A DNA stretch of 64,000 bases, taken from IMG/VR virus record IMGVR_UViG_3300025009_000100, one strand, 5' to 3'. Each line of letters begins with the position of its first letter. Within the stretch, counting starts at the first letter, position 1. Below are positions 19,165 to 28,589 of this stretch, one piece after another. A program made the translations under genes and the position numbers. Below the pieces are notes generated by a model. It had not been told where the DNA came from. It saw only the letters and a list, made by a program, of their open reading frames with translations, and did no database searches. The DNA comes from an uncultured virus (IMG/VR IMGVR_UViG_3300025009_000100) (taxonomy: Duplodnaviria; Heunggongvirae; Uroviricota; Caudoviricetes).

Positions 19165-19712
19165 GCTTTTTTCCTTTTGAACCCGCTGAACTTATTTTTT
19201 AGGTTGCTGGCAGTTTTTTTCTTTGTTTCTTCTGCTTGTTCTTTTCTTTCCCTTCTTTTTTCCATTTCTCTGTTTAAGTTCCTGGGAGTCGTTGGCCCGA
19301 TAAAATAAGATTGTGAATGCAAACTGACTAATTGCTCCAGTGCTTTTGTTTTGGTATATGTCATCAGGTTTTTCATGTCTTCTGCCACAAGTGCCGCATC
19401 TGCTGCCTGGATAGCTGCCTCTTTTGCTGCTTTATACTCATCATTGCTGCGATAATAAGCTTCAATATCCGCAGCATTCGGTTTCTCTTTCCCACAGCAT
19501 CCAATTGGATCATTATTTGCTTCCAAGATAAGTTCTGACCTGGTTGTTTTGACTTCCTCTTCATCCAGCCGGGCCTGTTTCCTTAATTCTGCCAGTTGTT
19601 CGATGTACATCAGGCATTTTTCCGGATGTTCTGCCCATTCCACATCCAGGGCTTCTGTATCTATTTTTACGTCTTGTTTGTAGTCAAGACGTTTTTTATT
19701 CAGTAAGCCCAC
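19161..19712 (-). CDS. UvsY-like recombination mediator
   Basis: AGGAGG-GTG start; DVKID..LDVEW...IEAYY...KALEQLVSL helical pattern; next to ssb and recA-like genes. Confidence 0.55.
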   Translation of the reverse strand: MGLLNKKRLDYKQDVKIDTEALDVEWAEHPEKCLMYIEQLAELRKQARLDEEEVKTTRSELILEANNDPIGCCGKEKPNAADIEAYYRSNDEYKAAKEAAIQAADAALVAEDMKNLMTYTKTKALEQLVSLHSQSYFIGPTTPRNLNREMEKRRERKEQAEETKKKTASNLKNKFSGFKRKKA

Positions 19713-20022
19713 ATTTCCTCCTGTACGTTTCTTTTGTGGATTCTTCTTGTGCATTAAACCATTCCAGCATTTCTTTTATGGTATACACAAACACGTCAGA
19801 CCGGTATTGGCCAGGCCAAGTATGAAATATTGTGGTGTCTTCAGGCAACTCAAACAATGTGGCAGTCATATCTTCTTTTCTTATCTCGTTGCCTTGGACC
19901 ACGATGAAAGGACTGATTTGCTTTTTCATTGTGAACATGTATTTTGGAAAGTAATGATCCAGTTCTTTTCTGAATCCAGCTTTATTGATTTTGAATTTTG
20001 AAACACTTGGTTTTCTTTTCAT
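19696..20022 (-). CDS. hypothetical protein
   Basis: 108-aa ORF containing WPGQYRSDVF. Confidence 0.55.
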   Translation of the reverse strand: MKRKPSVSKFKINKAGFRKELDHYFPKYMFTMKKQISPFIVVQGNEIRKEDMTATLFELPEDTTIFHTWPGQYRSDVFVYTIKEMLEWFNAQEESTKETYRRKCGLTE

Positions 20023-20029
20023 TTTGCCC

Positions 20030-20365
20030 CTACCTTTCCTCTTTTAGTATTTCTTTTATGCTTGGATGCGGGATTGACCCCATATCTTCCTGTACCTCAT
20101 AAAGCACCCGTGCCAAAGTTTTTACCAGCTTTTCTAATCGGATAATTCGTTTGAAATTAGTTTTCTTGGCCATCCTGCTTTGGCATCTTGCGCTTTTTGG
20201 CCTACCGATAATAGTTTTAATTCCCAATAATTGTAAATACCGGTACACTGTCCTCTCACAAATGCCCAGGGCAATGCAAATTTCAACTTTTTTAATCTTC
20301 CCTGTTTGTATCTTTTCTTTGTTGCTTATCAAGTATGCCATGATTTCATCAGGATTAGGGCGCAT
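20030..20365 (-). CDS. HTH DNA-binding protein
   Basis: EICIALGICERTVYRYL helix-turn-helix. Confidence 0.65.
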   Translation of the reverse strand: MRPNPDEIMAYLISNKEKIQTGKIKKVEICIALGICERTVYRYLQLLGIKTIIGRPKSARCQSRMAKKTNFKRIIRLEKLVKTLARVLYEVQEDMGSIPHPSIKEILKEER

Positions 20366-20413
20366 TTAAAGAAATCCTTTGTTATGGTTATTATACCCGG
20401 GAGGCCCCGTCAT

Positions 20414-20617
20414 TTAATTTCCAGTAATTATAATTGGGCAATTTTTAGAACAGCAAAGACACACAAAATTATTAACGTGATTACACTCATAATGGTGAAC
20501 GATATTGTCTGCGTTATTCACAAAAACTGGACCTGCCCATTTACAAGCATCCGATGTTGTTTTTATCTCCCATTCAACAAGATCTTTTACTTTTTTTAAT
20601 TTTTTGTTATTTCTCAT
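20414..20617 (-). CDS. hypothetical Cys-rich protein
   Basis: 67-aa ORF with GAG RBS. Confidence 0.45.
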   Translation of the reverse strand: MRNNKKLKKVKDLVEWEIKTTSDACKWAGPVFVNNADNIVHHYECNHVNNFVCLCCSKNCPIIITGN

Positions 20618-20626
20618 ATTTTCTCA

Positions 20627-21574
20627 TTAACATGGAGGCTCAATTCCTTGACAAATGTTATAACAAAACTGGGTAATCAATGGGAATCCAGCATCGTACG
20701 TGTTCTTGTAAAGAAACCATCCCAAGATTAATGATGCTGATTCATTTCCATTTAGTAATACCGCTCCAGCGTACCCGATAATTTGCCGGCGAATGCTTTC
20801 AGGGTCTTCCGTTTTTAACCCTTGGAGAACCTTTTTCACTTTACCCCATTCCCCTGTTTTCAGCATCGCTTGGCATAATTCATTTACCGCAGCGGATTGA
20901 TCCAGTAATTCAGATTTAACAGCTTCCAGCATATCTTTTTCGTCAGTGAGGTTCAGGGCCTTTTCCAATAACTGTAAAGCGTTTCTTGGGCTCCCTTCTG
21001 CGTACGTAATAATTTGTTTTATAACTTTTCCGGGCAAAACCTTCCGTTCTTTTTTGCACACCTTTTTAAGTAACAAAATCATCTCTGATTCGGAAAGAGT
21101 CTGCAATTGAATTTCAACACATCTACTTTTTACGGTAGATATGACACGTTCTGGATTTGTTGTGCATAAAATGAAATGAACATGTTTCGGCGTGTCTTCC
21201 AGAGCCTTCAATAAGGCATTCTGGGCTTCATTTTTTTCTTCCATCCCTTTGCCAACCATGTGAAATTCATCCAACAAAAAAACTTTGCATTCACTCTTAA
21301 TTGGTAAGAACTTCATTTGTTCCCGTATTTCACGCATTGTATCAATGCCACGAAATACAGCAGTGTCCAACTCTTTATAATCACAATCAGCGCAATTCAA
21401 TTCAGTTTTCAGGATTCTGCCGAGGGTTGTTTTCCCGCACCCTTTTTGCCCTGTGAACATAATGGCATGGGGTAAATTCCCCTCTTTTAAGAAAGAAGTG
21501 AGCAATTGAACATTTGCTTTATTTCCGACCATATCTGATAACACCCCCGGCCTGTACTTTTTGTACAACTCCAT
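20627..21574 (-). CDS. clamp loader AAA+ ATPase (DnaX gamma/tau-like)
   Basis: LYKKYRP, GQKGCGKTT, LLDEFH, AQNALLKALED, SRC, GSPRNAL. Confidence 0.9.
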   Translation of the reverse strand: MELYKKYRPGVLSDMVGNKANVQLLTSFLKEGNLPHAIMFTGQKGCGKTTLGRILKTELNCADCDYKELDTAVFRGIDTMREIREQMKFLPIKSECKVFLLDEFHMVGKGMEEKNEAQNALLKALEDTPKHVHFILCTTNPERVISTVKSRCVEIQLQTLSESEMILLLKKVCKKERKVLPGKVIKQIITYAEGSPRNALQLLEKALNLTDEKDMLEAVKSELLDQSAAVNELCQAMLKTGEWGKVKKVLQGLKTEDPESIRRQIIGYAGAVLLNGNESASLILGWFLYKNTYDAGFPLITQFCYNICQGIEPPC

Positions 21575-21575
21575 T

Positions 21576-22079
21576 TTAATTTTTCTCCTGTGCTTTTTGG
21601 GCGCGAGTAAATCGATCCCAACACAAAGATTTTTTACTGGCATAATTACAATTTGGTATGTGCCCTATCCAGCCCCGCCCATCCAATTTTTTGCATTGTT
21701 GTACAAACCCATCAATAGCATGGCATGCACCTTGATCGGCAAGCATTGGGCAACACAATTCTTGGATATGCGCAGGCATTTGCCCTGACAAAAATTCTGT
21801 GTAACTGACTCCTTTTTTGTCCATATCAATTTCACCAATACCAACAAAATTTATTTTGCCCAACCCTATTTTATACCCATACCCAGATTTGTATACGCGA
21901 CTAATTCCATCTTTAGTCCGTTTACCTTTAAACTCGTTGTACGTGAAGGTGTACTCAAATGCGCCTGAACCTTTACAGGTTGTGCAGACAACACCACAAC
22001 CGTGACCTTCAGCCATTCCTTGGTACACCCCGGTGCCGGAACAACTCTTGCATTCGATTAATTTTTTAATTGTGGGCAT
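21576..22079 (-). CDS. hypothetical protein with DnaJ-type CxxCxGxG zinc finger
   Basis: CKSCSGTG...CTTCKGSG. Confidence 0.65.
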   Translation of the reverse strand: MPTIKKLIECKSCSGTGVYQGMAEGHGCGVVCTTCKGSGAFEYTFTYNEFKGKRTKDGISRVYKSGYGYKIGLGKINFVGIGEIDMDKKGVSYTEFLSGQMPAHIQELCCPMLADQGACHAIDGFVQQCKKLDGRGWIGHIPNCNYASKKSLCWDRFTRAQKAQEKN

Positions 22080-22131
22080 TCTTTTCTCCAGTTTATAATT
22101 TTAATTTTCTACATCTTTACCGTATTCTGTA

Positions 22132-22164
22132 ATATTATACAAAATGATTTTAATTTTTTTAAAA
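22132..22164 (-). promoter_or_regulatory. conserved leftward promoter motif, copy 1
   Basis: TTTTAAAAAAATTAAAATCATTTTGTATAATAT; near-identical copies at 30692 and 35647. Confidence 0.7.
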
Positions 22165-22189
22165 GTTGTTTAAAAGTTGTCATCTTTAT

Positions 22190-23608
22190 TTATTTGGCAA
22201 TTTTAACAACATAAGAAGCTGATGACCAAGGGGCGTCAACTTCAAAAACATTTGCTTCAATTTCTAAAGGAACAATAATCCAAGGCCATTGTTTTGGCAA
22301 CCAAATACACGCAACAGATCGGATCATATCAAGTATTTGGTCTTTTTCATCAGGTTCATTTGTAAAAACAAGCTCGTCGTGTATTTGTCCAATTAACCGG
22401 GTCTTTAATCCTTGGTATTCAATCCTTTTTGAAATTTCAATGAATGTGGCAAGAGTACAATGGAATGCTGGGCCTTGTATTGGGTAATTGTTTATTTCGT
22501 TTTTGCCCATCAACCCAGAGCAGGTAAACCCGGTTAATGTTTTTAAGTATCCCCTTTTATAATACTCCGCAACATTATCTAATTTCCATTGATTGTATGC
22601 CTTAAATCTTTGTTTCCAAAAATGGTTTTGTACATCTTGAATATGGTCTTCAAATTCTTCGTAACAAGTTATGCCCTTTCGGATTAAGTGCTCTCCAAGG
22701 GTCATTCCAGTTATTAATGGCAAACCGTCTGATTTTTCCCAAGAACCGGAAGAAGGCAATCCACCCCAGTGCAAAAGAATTGGGGCATTGTTCCCGTAAT
22801 AATCGCCGTAGAATTGAGGAAATACAAATCCATTTTTGGCGCCTTTCCTTAGTGTTTTTTCAGATCCTTCTTTTTGAAATTTATCCAGCTTATAGCAATC
22901 GACGGCAAGATCCCGGTGCATATCAGTTTTTTTGTCTGTTACATACTTTATCATTTTGGGATCTTTATGATTGCAGCAAGAAATAGCAACTTCAATCCCG
23001 GAAAAGTCTGCTGTAAGAAACCGATGTCCTTTGTGCGGGATAAATGCTGTCCGGATGATTTTCTTTTGAATGGGATCTCTATTCGGCTGGTTCTGGAAAT
23101 TGATATTGGCGCTGCTGGATCGGAATGTTTTGGCAGTATGCAGGTGGAAGAATGGGTGAAGAAACCCATCCACTTGTTCTTTTATGATACCTGAGATATA
23201 AGTGTTCAAAACCTTATCATATTTTTTATAACTGATATACGGCAATAAATCTTCATTCTGTTTGCTTAACAGTTCTAAAGTTTCATTGTTTACAACAGGC
23301 TGGCCGTTTGGGTATGTAACACTGGGTTCGGTTTTTTTGACTTGTGGGAGGTGTAATTTTTTAAACAAGATATCCCGAAGTTGCATATCAGAATTGAAAT
23401 TGGCATTCCGGTAAATTTTTTTCCATAGTTTACCGGTCCTGGTTTCTTTAAATTCAGTGATTAATTTTTTTAGTTTCAGGGTAAGTATTTTTTCTTGCTT
23501 CAAGCAGTATTTGATATCAATGCCAATACCTTCAATTGAGGCATTTGATAAAGTAATTAACCCTTCTGTGATCAATTTCCGTGCATCTTCAGTAGTTGCT
23601 TGAATCAT
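22190..23608 (-). CDS. family A DNA polymerase, polymerase domain (C-terminal part of split gene)
   Basis: RSSSANINFQNQP, ADFSGIE, RKGAKNGFVFPQFYG, NYPIQG, QIHDEL. Confidence 0.92.
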   Translation of the reverse strand: MIQATTEDARKLITEGLITLSNASIEGIGIDIKYCLKQEKILTLKLKKLITEFKETRTGKLWKKIYRNANFNSDMQLRDILFKKLHLPQVKKTEPSVTYPNGQPVVNNETLELLSKQNEDLLPYISYKKYDKVLNTYISGIIKEQVDGFLHPFFHLHTAKTFRSSSANINFQNQPNRDPIQKKIIRTAFIPHKGHRFLTADFSGIEVAISCCNHKDPKMIKYVTDKKTDMHRDLAVDCYKLDKFQKEGSEKTLRKGAKNGFVFPQFYGDYYGNNAPILLHWGGLPSSGSWEKSDGLPLITGMTLGEHLIRKGITCYEEFEDHIQDVQNHFWKQRFKAYNQWKLDNVAEYYKRGYLKTLTGFTCSGLMGKNEINNYPIQGPAFHCTLATFIEISKRIEYQGLKTRLIGQIHDELVFTNEPDEKDQILDMIRSVACIWLPKQWPWIIVPLEIEANVFEVDAPWSSASYVVKIAK

Positions 23609-24051
23609 TTTATCTTCCCTTGTGATTTTAAATAATGGTACCGCACCCCACATTCAGCACAACAAAACCTCTTGATCCCCCAGTTTTGGTCTTTTTGTGT
23701 TCTGTGCCTGGAAAACCACCCTTCTATTTTTTCATTTTTACATTGAGTTGGGTCTACCTGGTACATCAGGCATTGTTTTCTTTTAGGGGCCTTTATTTTT
23801 TCTTTCCCGTTACTGTGGTATTTTTCATAATTTTTCTTCCCTTCTGGGCATTCAAAACAATAGTAAAATGCATCGATGGTATGGTTAATTGCAGAGACCC
23901 CGTTTTTGTTTGTTTTGTTTGCTTGATGGTACATATGTGCACAAGCTTTTTTTGTTAATTGGAGTTTGATAGGTTTTATGCATTTGAATATTTGAAGGCT
24001 TTCTTTCTGTAACAATTCAGAATTGGTCTGCAATTTCTTTTTCCGTTTCAT
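23605..24051 (-). CDS. Cys-rich hypothetical protein between the polymerase halves
   Basis: CFEC and RFCCAEC motifs; ATGA overlap with the polymerase domain gene. Confidence 0.6.
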   Translation of the reverse strand: MKRKKKLQTNSELLQKESLQIFKCIKPIKLQLTKKACAHMYHQANKTNKNGVSAINHTIDAFYYCFECPEGKKNYEKYHSNGKEKIKAPKRKQCLMYQVDPTQCKNEKIEGWFSRHRTQKDQNWGIKRFCCAECGVRYHYLKSQGKIK

Positions 24052-24068
24052 TGTAGGTTTCTGCCTGG

Positions 24069-25316
24069 TTAAAAGGGAATTAGTTCGTTTGCTACTTTAT
24101 TTTCAATATCTTGTTTTTGTTTTTCTGTGAGCCAATATCCGTATAATGAATCCAAGGCGCAATAAGTCAAAACTGGTTTTATCCCGAATTTTTTAATGAA
24201 TTCTTTTATTCTGTTTTTTGCATTGGCCCCCTGATCAGGTGGGCTTTCTAAGTATGGTTCTATTTGAGAATTATAATCGATAACCCCGAAATTAACATAT
24301 GCTTGGAATTTTAATCCACAAATGCCTTGCCTGTTATCCAAGATATGGGCCGTGTTCATGCTGCACCAATCCCAGCCACGGACTCTGGTTTTCATTAATA
24401 CTGCACTCCATAATTGCTCGAAAGAAAGGTTGTGTGATGATTTTTTTATTTTTCCTTTTTTCAGGATCATAGACCATACCTTTGCCCTGTATTCATCATT
24501 CTCCCAAACAAATACTTTTTTACTGGATACTGCAACGCTGACACAAATTATCTCATGTCCTGGTGCATGTGGTTTCAGCCCGGTAGTTTCATAATCAAAA
24601 GAAACCCAAGGAGCACGGTTGATCTCTTTAATAGCTTGCCGGAAATCTTCATTATTTTCAACGTAATGAATGCATTTGGTATCATCGGAAAATTGAATTT
24701 GTTCTTGTATGCTTATTGCGGATGTTAAATCTTCTAGCCAAAGATTCTCTGCCATATTACTGTACTTTTCTTCACTTTGTTCAATAAACCAAGGAGCGAA
24801 TACTGGGCAAACCCAAGCTTGATAGTTCCTGTCTGGTATTTGCCAACCTCTCCAATTCTGTATTCCGCTGATGTTCTTTTTCCAGTAATGGCCAATCAAT
24901 GCATCAAGTGATTCTCCCCCAAAGGGGATTATCACATTTGGTTTATGTTGGCGGATCGTTTGTACCAGTTTTGTTTTGCAGCAAAGAATTTCTTTTGGTT
25001 TGACTTTTTCTTCTGAATAACAAGCAACAGAATAGACAACAAGGCAATCACTGGCAACATCTACCCCTATTTGTTTTAAAGCACGAACAATTTTTTTCCC
25101 GTGCCGGCTTTTAAGTGGTTCACCAAGTTTATCGTCAGTCACACTTGGTGATTCAACCAAAAGCATGATCTTTTTCTTAAATCCACCAAACGGCTTCATT
25201 CTTGGAGTTTTGCATCCACGGTACCTGCCACAAGTTGAGCAAGTATTACCTCTTCCAACAAAGGAATTAAATGTTTGCACTTTTTGTTTTCTTTCTGGGA
25301 AAAAGAATCCGGACAT
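24069..25316 (-). CDS. UDG family-4-like domain plus 3'-5' exonuclease (N-terminal part of split polymerase)
   Basis: CSTC..C, VESPS, IIPFGG, WRG; exonuclease motifs FDYETTGL, HNLSFE, YCALD. Confidence 0.85.
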   Translation of the reverse strand: MSGFFFPERKQKVQTFNSFVGRGNTCSTCGRYRGCKTPRMKPFGGFKKKIMLLVESPSVTDDKLGEPLKSRHGKKIVRALKQIGVDVASDCLVVYSVACYSEEKVKPKEILCCKTKLVQTIRQHKPNVIIPFGGESLDALIGHYWKKNISGIQNWRGWQIPDRNYQAWVCPVFAPWFIEQSEEKYSNMAENLWLEDLTSAISIQEQIQFSDDTKCIHYVENNEDFRQAIKEINRAPWVSFDYETTGLKPHAPGHEIICVSVAVSSKKVFVWENDEYRAKVWSMILKKGKIKKSSHNLSFEQLWSAVLMKTRVRGWDWCSMNTAHILDNRQGICGLKFQAYVNFGVIDYNSQIEPYLESPPDQGANAKNRIKEFIKKFGIKPVLTYCALDSLYGYWLTEKQKQDIENKVANELIPF

Positions 25317-26128
25317 TACTCCTTCCTCCCGCTAAAAAGCCAATCAGTGTTTCCTTTTCTTTCCTTGTTTTTGAAAGCTTTTTTCCACAAAATATTAACG
25401 TCTGTTCGGTATAGGGAATTTATACCACCCCATTCTTCCTTACCTTTTTTTGCCTTTATTTTAACGATGCCAGGGTGAAGTTTACTTAATGCTATAGCAG
25501 CTTCTTTTTGCATTTCAAACGTCCGATAGGTTGAACACCCACCCCTATCGCCACTCTTCCCTTGTCCCCAGCAATACTTGTACGACACCCGGTTTTTGTA
25601 TCCTGCAGCAAGTAAAGACAAAGTCATGTCAAAATCTTCCATTATCGGCAATCTATCAAACCTGATTTTTTCTTTATTCACAATTTTGGTGTTGTACGCA
25701 TAAACATTATTCATACGGGTCACTTCCAGGTAATCTTCTGCTATCCGGTTATTCCCAAATCTTTGACTGACCCCTACGTGGATAAGCCCTTCTTCCAGCC
25801 AAAAAAGTAATAATTTGTACATTCCGTACACATCTATTTTTTCAGCTTTTTTAAGTTTACCTTCTTTCCGTACACCAAAGGACATATCATCATCAAAAAA
25901 TAAACTGAAATCACTGAGGCTATTTTCAATAATGTACTGGCGTACTTGGCCGATGTTTGTTACTTTTCTTTCCACAACCATGATCATTTTTTTAGAAACA
26001 CGTTCGCAATACACCCCGTATTCTTCTTTGTTCACAACCAAACGAACCTTTTCCATCAATTTATTTGGGATGTGCTTTAATGTCTCTTGCTTATTCGGCC
26101 TGCTGTACGTGGGAATATAAATGTGCAT
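25316..26128 (-). CDS. TET-associated (TAGT/GREB1-like) DNA glycosyltransferase
   Basis: IYIPTYSR, IGQVRQYI, FFDDDM, MEDFDMTLSLL, GGCSTYRT, DVNILWKKA. Confidence 0.8.
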   Translation of the reverse strand: MHIYIPTYSRPNKQETLKHIPNKLMEKVRLVVNKEEYGVYCERVSKKMIMVVERKVTNIGQVRQYIIENSLSDFSLFFDDDMSFGVRKEGKLKKAEKIDVYGMYKLLLFWLEEGLIHVGVSQRFGNNRIAEDYLEVTRMNNVYAYNTKIVNKEKIRFDRLPIMEDFDMTLSLLAAGYKNRVSYKYCWGQGKSGDRGGCSTYRTFEMQKEAAIALSKLHPGIVKIKAKKGKEEWGGINSLYRTDVNILWKKAFKNKERKGNTDWLFSGRKE

Positions 26129-26140
26129 AATACACCTGTT

Positions 26141-27472
26141 TTATTTTGTTAAATCGATACCTTCTTTTTTCCATTGTGCTTCATAATCATGTGGGGCATA
26201 CTCAAAAACTAAATTGCCCTTACTGTCCTGGTCAACCGGAACAACTTTCCCATGGAAATAGTTCCTGGGATTTCCAGGACTGTGTAAATTATTCCAGGAC
26301 CGTTGTGTGATTTGTTTTAGATTGGTGTTCCGGACCCTGGCGTGTGACATTCCAACAGTACATGGGTGGTCATTGGCAAAACGCCATTCTTCCAGGTATG
26401 TTTCTTTACCACTGTTGTACACTTTATCAAAATAAAGCCTTTCAAGCTTTCCTGTTTTGTGATATGTTTTCCTGATTTCTTTCAGGTGGTATGTCAATTG
26501 GGATGTAGTCCAGTTTTGCATTTCCGGGTTCTTTTTAAAATTATCCGGCATGGCACAACATGATCCAGAGGTGTTCAACTCTTTAAAGTCAGGGTCACTG
26601 ATCCCACAAACCAAATTATTTTCAATGCAGAATTTATAGATCTTTTTGATATATGGCTCTTTTACAAGCCTATTGAGCCTCCGGTACCCGCCACGTTCTT
26701 TTGGGCTGAGCACCGTGTAATATTCATGCATATTTTTTATCCCGGTTAACTGGCCCAGCCAATCATACCTGGTCTTCATTCCGATATTTGCTCTTGCATC
26801 CATGGCAAAAAACTCGCAACTGACACCGTTAATACCAGCAGCGAGGGCATCGTTTAATAGTTCATCAAGGCCAACATCAGAAATTCCAACAATAAAAGGA
26901 CGTAATCTGAGGATAGTCCAATACCCCATATCACTGAGTTCTTTCAATGCTTTTAATCTTTTTGTTGGGCTTGGCACCCCAATTTCAACCCGTTTTGCCA
27001 TATCATCATCACGGGTTATAATGGATGCCTGGAAAGCAAAATTTGACTGTTTTTGGTATTTCTCAAATGTTTTGAGGTAGTTCTTTTCTAAGATTGTTGG
27101 TCCTTTGAATGAAAAGAGGGTTGGGTAATTTAATTTCCCCAGCCCTTTAATTAATTCAAGCCCGGTTCCGTTTGTTTTTTCAAATGAACAAAATGGATCT
27201 GCCAATCCACCCCAATGCAACAAGAATTTTCTTTTATAAAAATGCCGGTACATTACATCTTGCGGTGATTCACCATTCATTTTTTTCAACAACCTTTTTA
27301 CATTCACTTGTTTGAGTTCATGTGTTTTCATGCTTGGGTTGTTGCTCTTAAAGAAGTATGAAAAACAATTATGCACAAGCACACCATTGGCATAATAATT
27401 ATTATGTTTAGACGTTTCAATGTTATGGACTCTGAAAGTCCCTTTTTTTATAACAATGCTTTTTATGCGCAT
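26141..27472 (-). CDS. intein C-fragment (35 aa) plus C-extein of an SPL-like radical SAM enzyme
   Basis: MRIKSI...VHNIET...NYYANGVLVHN/C; extein WGGLADPF, EIGVPSPTKRL, LRLRPFI. Confidence 0.85.
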   Translation of the reverse strand: MRIKSIVIKKGTFRVHNIETSKHNNYYANGVLVHNCFSYFFKSNNPSMKTHELKQVNVKRLLKKMNGESPQDVMYRHFYKRKFLLHWGGLADPFCSFEKTNGTGLELIKGLGKLNYPTLFSFKGPTILEKNYLKTFEKYQKQSNFAFQASIITRDDDMAKRVEIGVPSPTKRLKALKELSDMGYWTILRLRPFIVGISDVGLDELLNDALAAGINGVSCEFFAMDARANIGMKTRYDWLGQLTGIKNMHEYYTVLSPKERGGYRRLNRLVKEPYIKKIYKFCIENNLVCGISDPDFKELNTSGSCCAMPDNFKKNPEMQNWTTSQLTYHLKEIRKTYHKTGKLERLYFDKVYNSGKETYLEEWRFANDHPCTVGMSHARVRNTNLKQITQRSWNNLHSPGNPRNYFHGKVVPVDQDSKGNLVFEYAPHDYEAQWKKEGIDLTK

Positions 27473-27763
27473 TTTGCAATCCTTTCGGTAAGCAACTTAC
27501 TAAACTGGGTGACAGGTAATTTTGTTTCGTCTCTATGTATACGAACAGTAATTATGCCATGTTTTTGATACAACCAATTATCACGTTCATGATGTTTTTC
27601 TTGCCCCTTTTCTGTATAATGCTTACTGTGCCCATCATACTCTATTACAATATTTTTATCAGGCAAGAAAAAATCAAGCGTGTATTCTCTTTTTGGTCCT
27701 GGTATTTTCATTTCATGAATAAAGTTTTCACCGAGCACACGTAGTGCTTTCCGTACCTTTTTT
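27463..27763 (-). mobile_element. Vsr/DUF559-like endonuclease domain of the intein element (frameshifted from upstream ORF)
   Basis: YTLDFFLPDKNIVIEYDGHSKH...ERDNWL...VRI; frame is open upstream to the A6 run at 27758-27763. Confidence 0.75.
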
Positions 27764-28589
27764 CACCGATTGAAATTCTTCCATTTTCAAGCCATGTTTT
27801 TACTGATTTTTGCAATGTCTTTCTTCTGATGGTTGGGTCCTTCATCGGATTGTTTGTCAGCATCCTATGTTTTGCGTCTGGTTTTTCTTTTCCTAACCAA
27901 TATGGAGTTAATTCACCACTGGCATACCGTTTTTTTAATGTTTTCGATGTTCTTTCTGTGACACCAGCAACCCACCTTGGATTATTTTTCTTCATGCGTT
28001 TTGATACATTTTTTCTAAATTGGTATTCTTGGTTCCGTGCAACTAAATACGGCTTTTCTACAAAATCAACTTCATCAGTTAGCTTTAAGTCTTTTACGCA
28101 TTTCCATTCAGAATTATTCACCCAAACAGGATGTTCACCTGTGATATTTAACTTCCGCCCATTTTCAAGTTCAATCTCATAAATCTCATGCACTGTCCTT
28201 TCCATGGTGGCTGTTATTTCTGTTACCTCCATTTGCATTGTTTCGACGTTCCTGCTGTAAATACTATCTCCTACCATAAGATGTTCAATTGGTTTATTCC
28301 CACCAACAACAGAAATTGGAGTCCCTGCAATAGTGCAATAGCAACAGCCGAGTCCACAGTAACTATACTGATCAAATGTCATCGGCATACTGCAATCAGG
28401 TAATTCACTGCTCACCCGTGGGGAACCATATGTTCCGTGGGCTGTCCTGTCTGTATTCTCAAGAAGCCATTTGTTTGCTTCTTTTAAGATGTCGGAGTTT
28501 AGTGGAGGTAATATTCCGTTTCCGATCTGATCTTCTTTCGTCATGTTCTGGCTCTGTTTGGTACTTGAATTTTCGTTTTTCCGAATCAT
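27708..28589 (-). CDS. radical SAM N-extein plus intein N-fragment plus NUMOD-like repeats
   Basis: SPR..E.PDCSMPMTFDQYSYCGLGCCY/CTIAGTPI; Hint block B ITGEHPV; intein starts at 28337. Confidence 0.85.
   Translation of the reverse strand: MIRKNENSSTKQSQNMTKEDQIGNGILPPLNSDILKEANKWLLENTDRTAHGTYGSPRVSSELPDCSMPMTFDQYSYCGLGCCYCTIAGTPISVVGGNKPIEHLMVGDSIYSRNVETMQMEVTEITATMERTVHEIYEIELENGRKLNITGEHPVWVNNSEWKCVKDLKLTDEVDFVEKPYLVARNQEYQFRKNVSKRMKKNNPRWVAGVTERTSKTLKKRYASGELTPYWLGKEKPDAKHRMLTNNPMKDPTIRRKTLQKSVKTWLENGRISIGEKRYGKHYVCSVKTLFMK

Noticed and set aside
23605..24068. Group I intron splitting the polymerase
   Set aside because: The gap is almost entirely one ORF with no room for an intron core, and the downstream half has its own RBS and ATG.
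27756..27764. Canonical A AAA AAG programmed frameshift in the intein
   Set aside because: Zero-frame codons are GAA AAA AGG, so the heptamer is out of register for tandem slippage.
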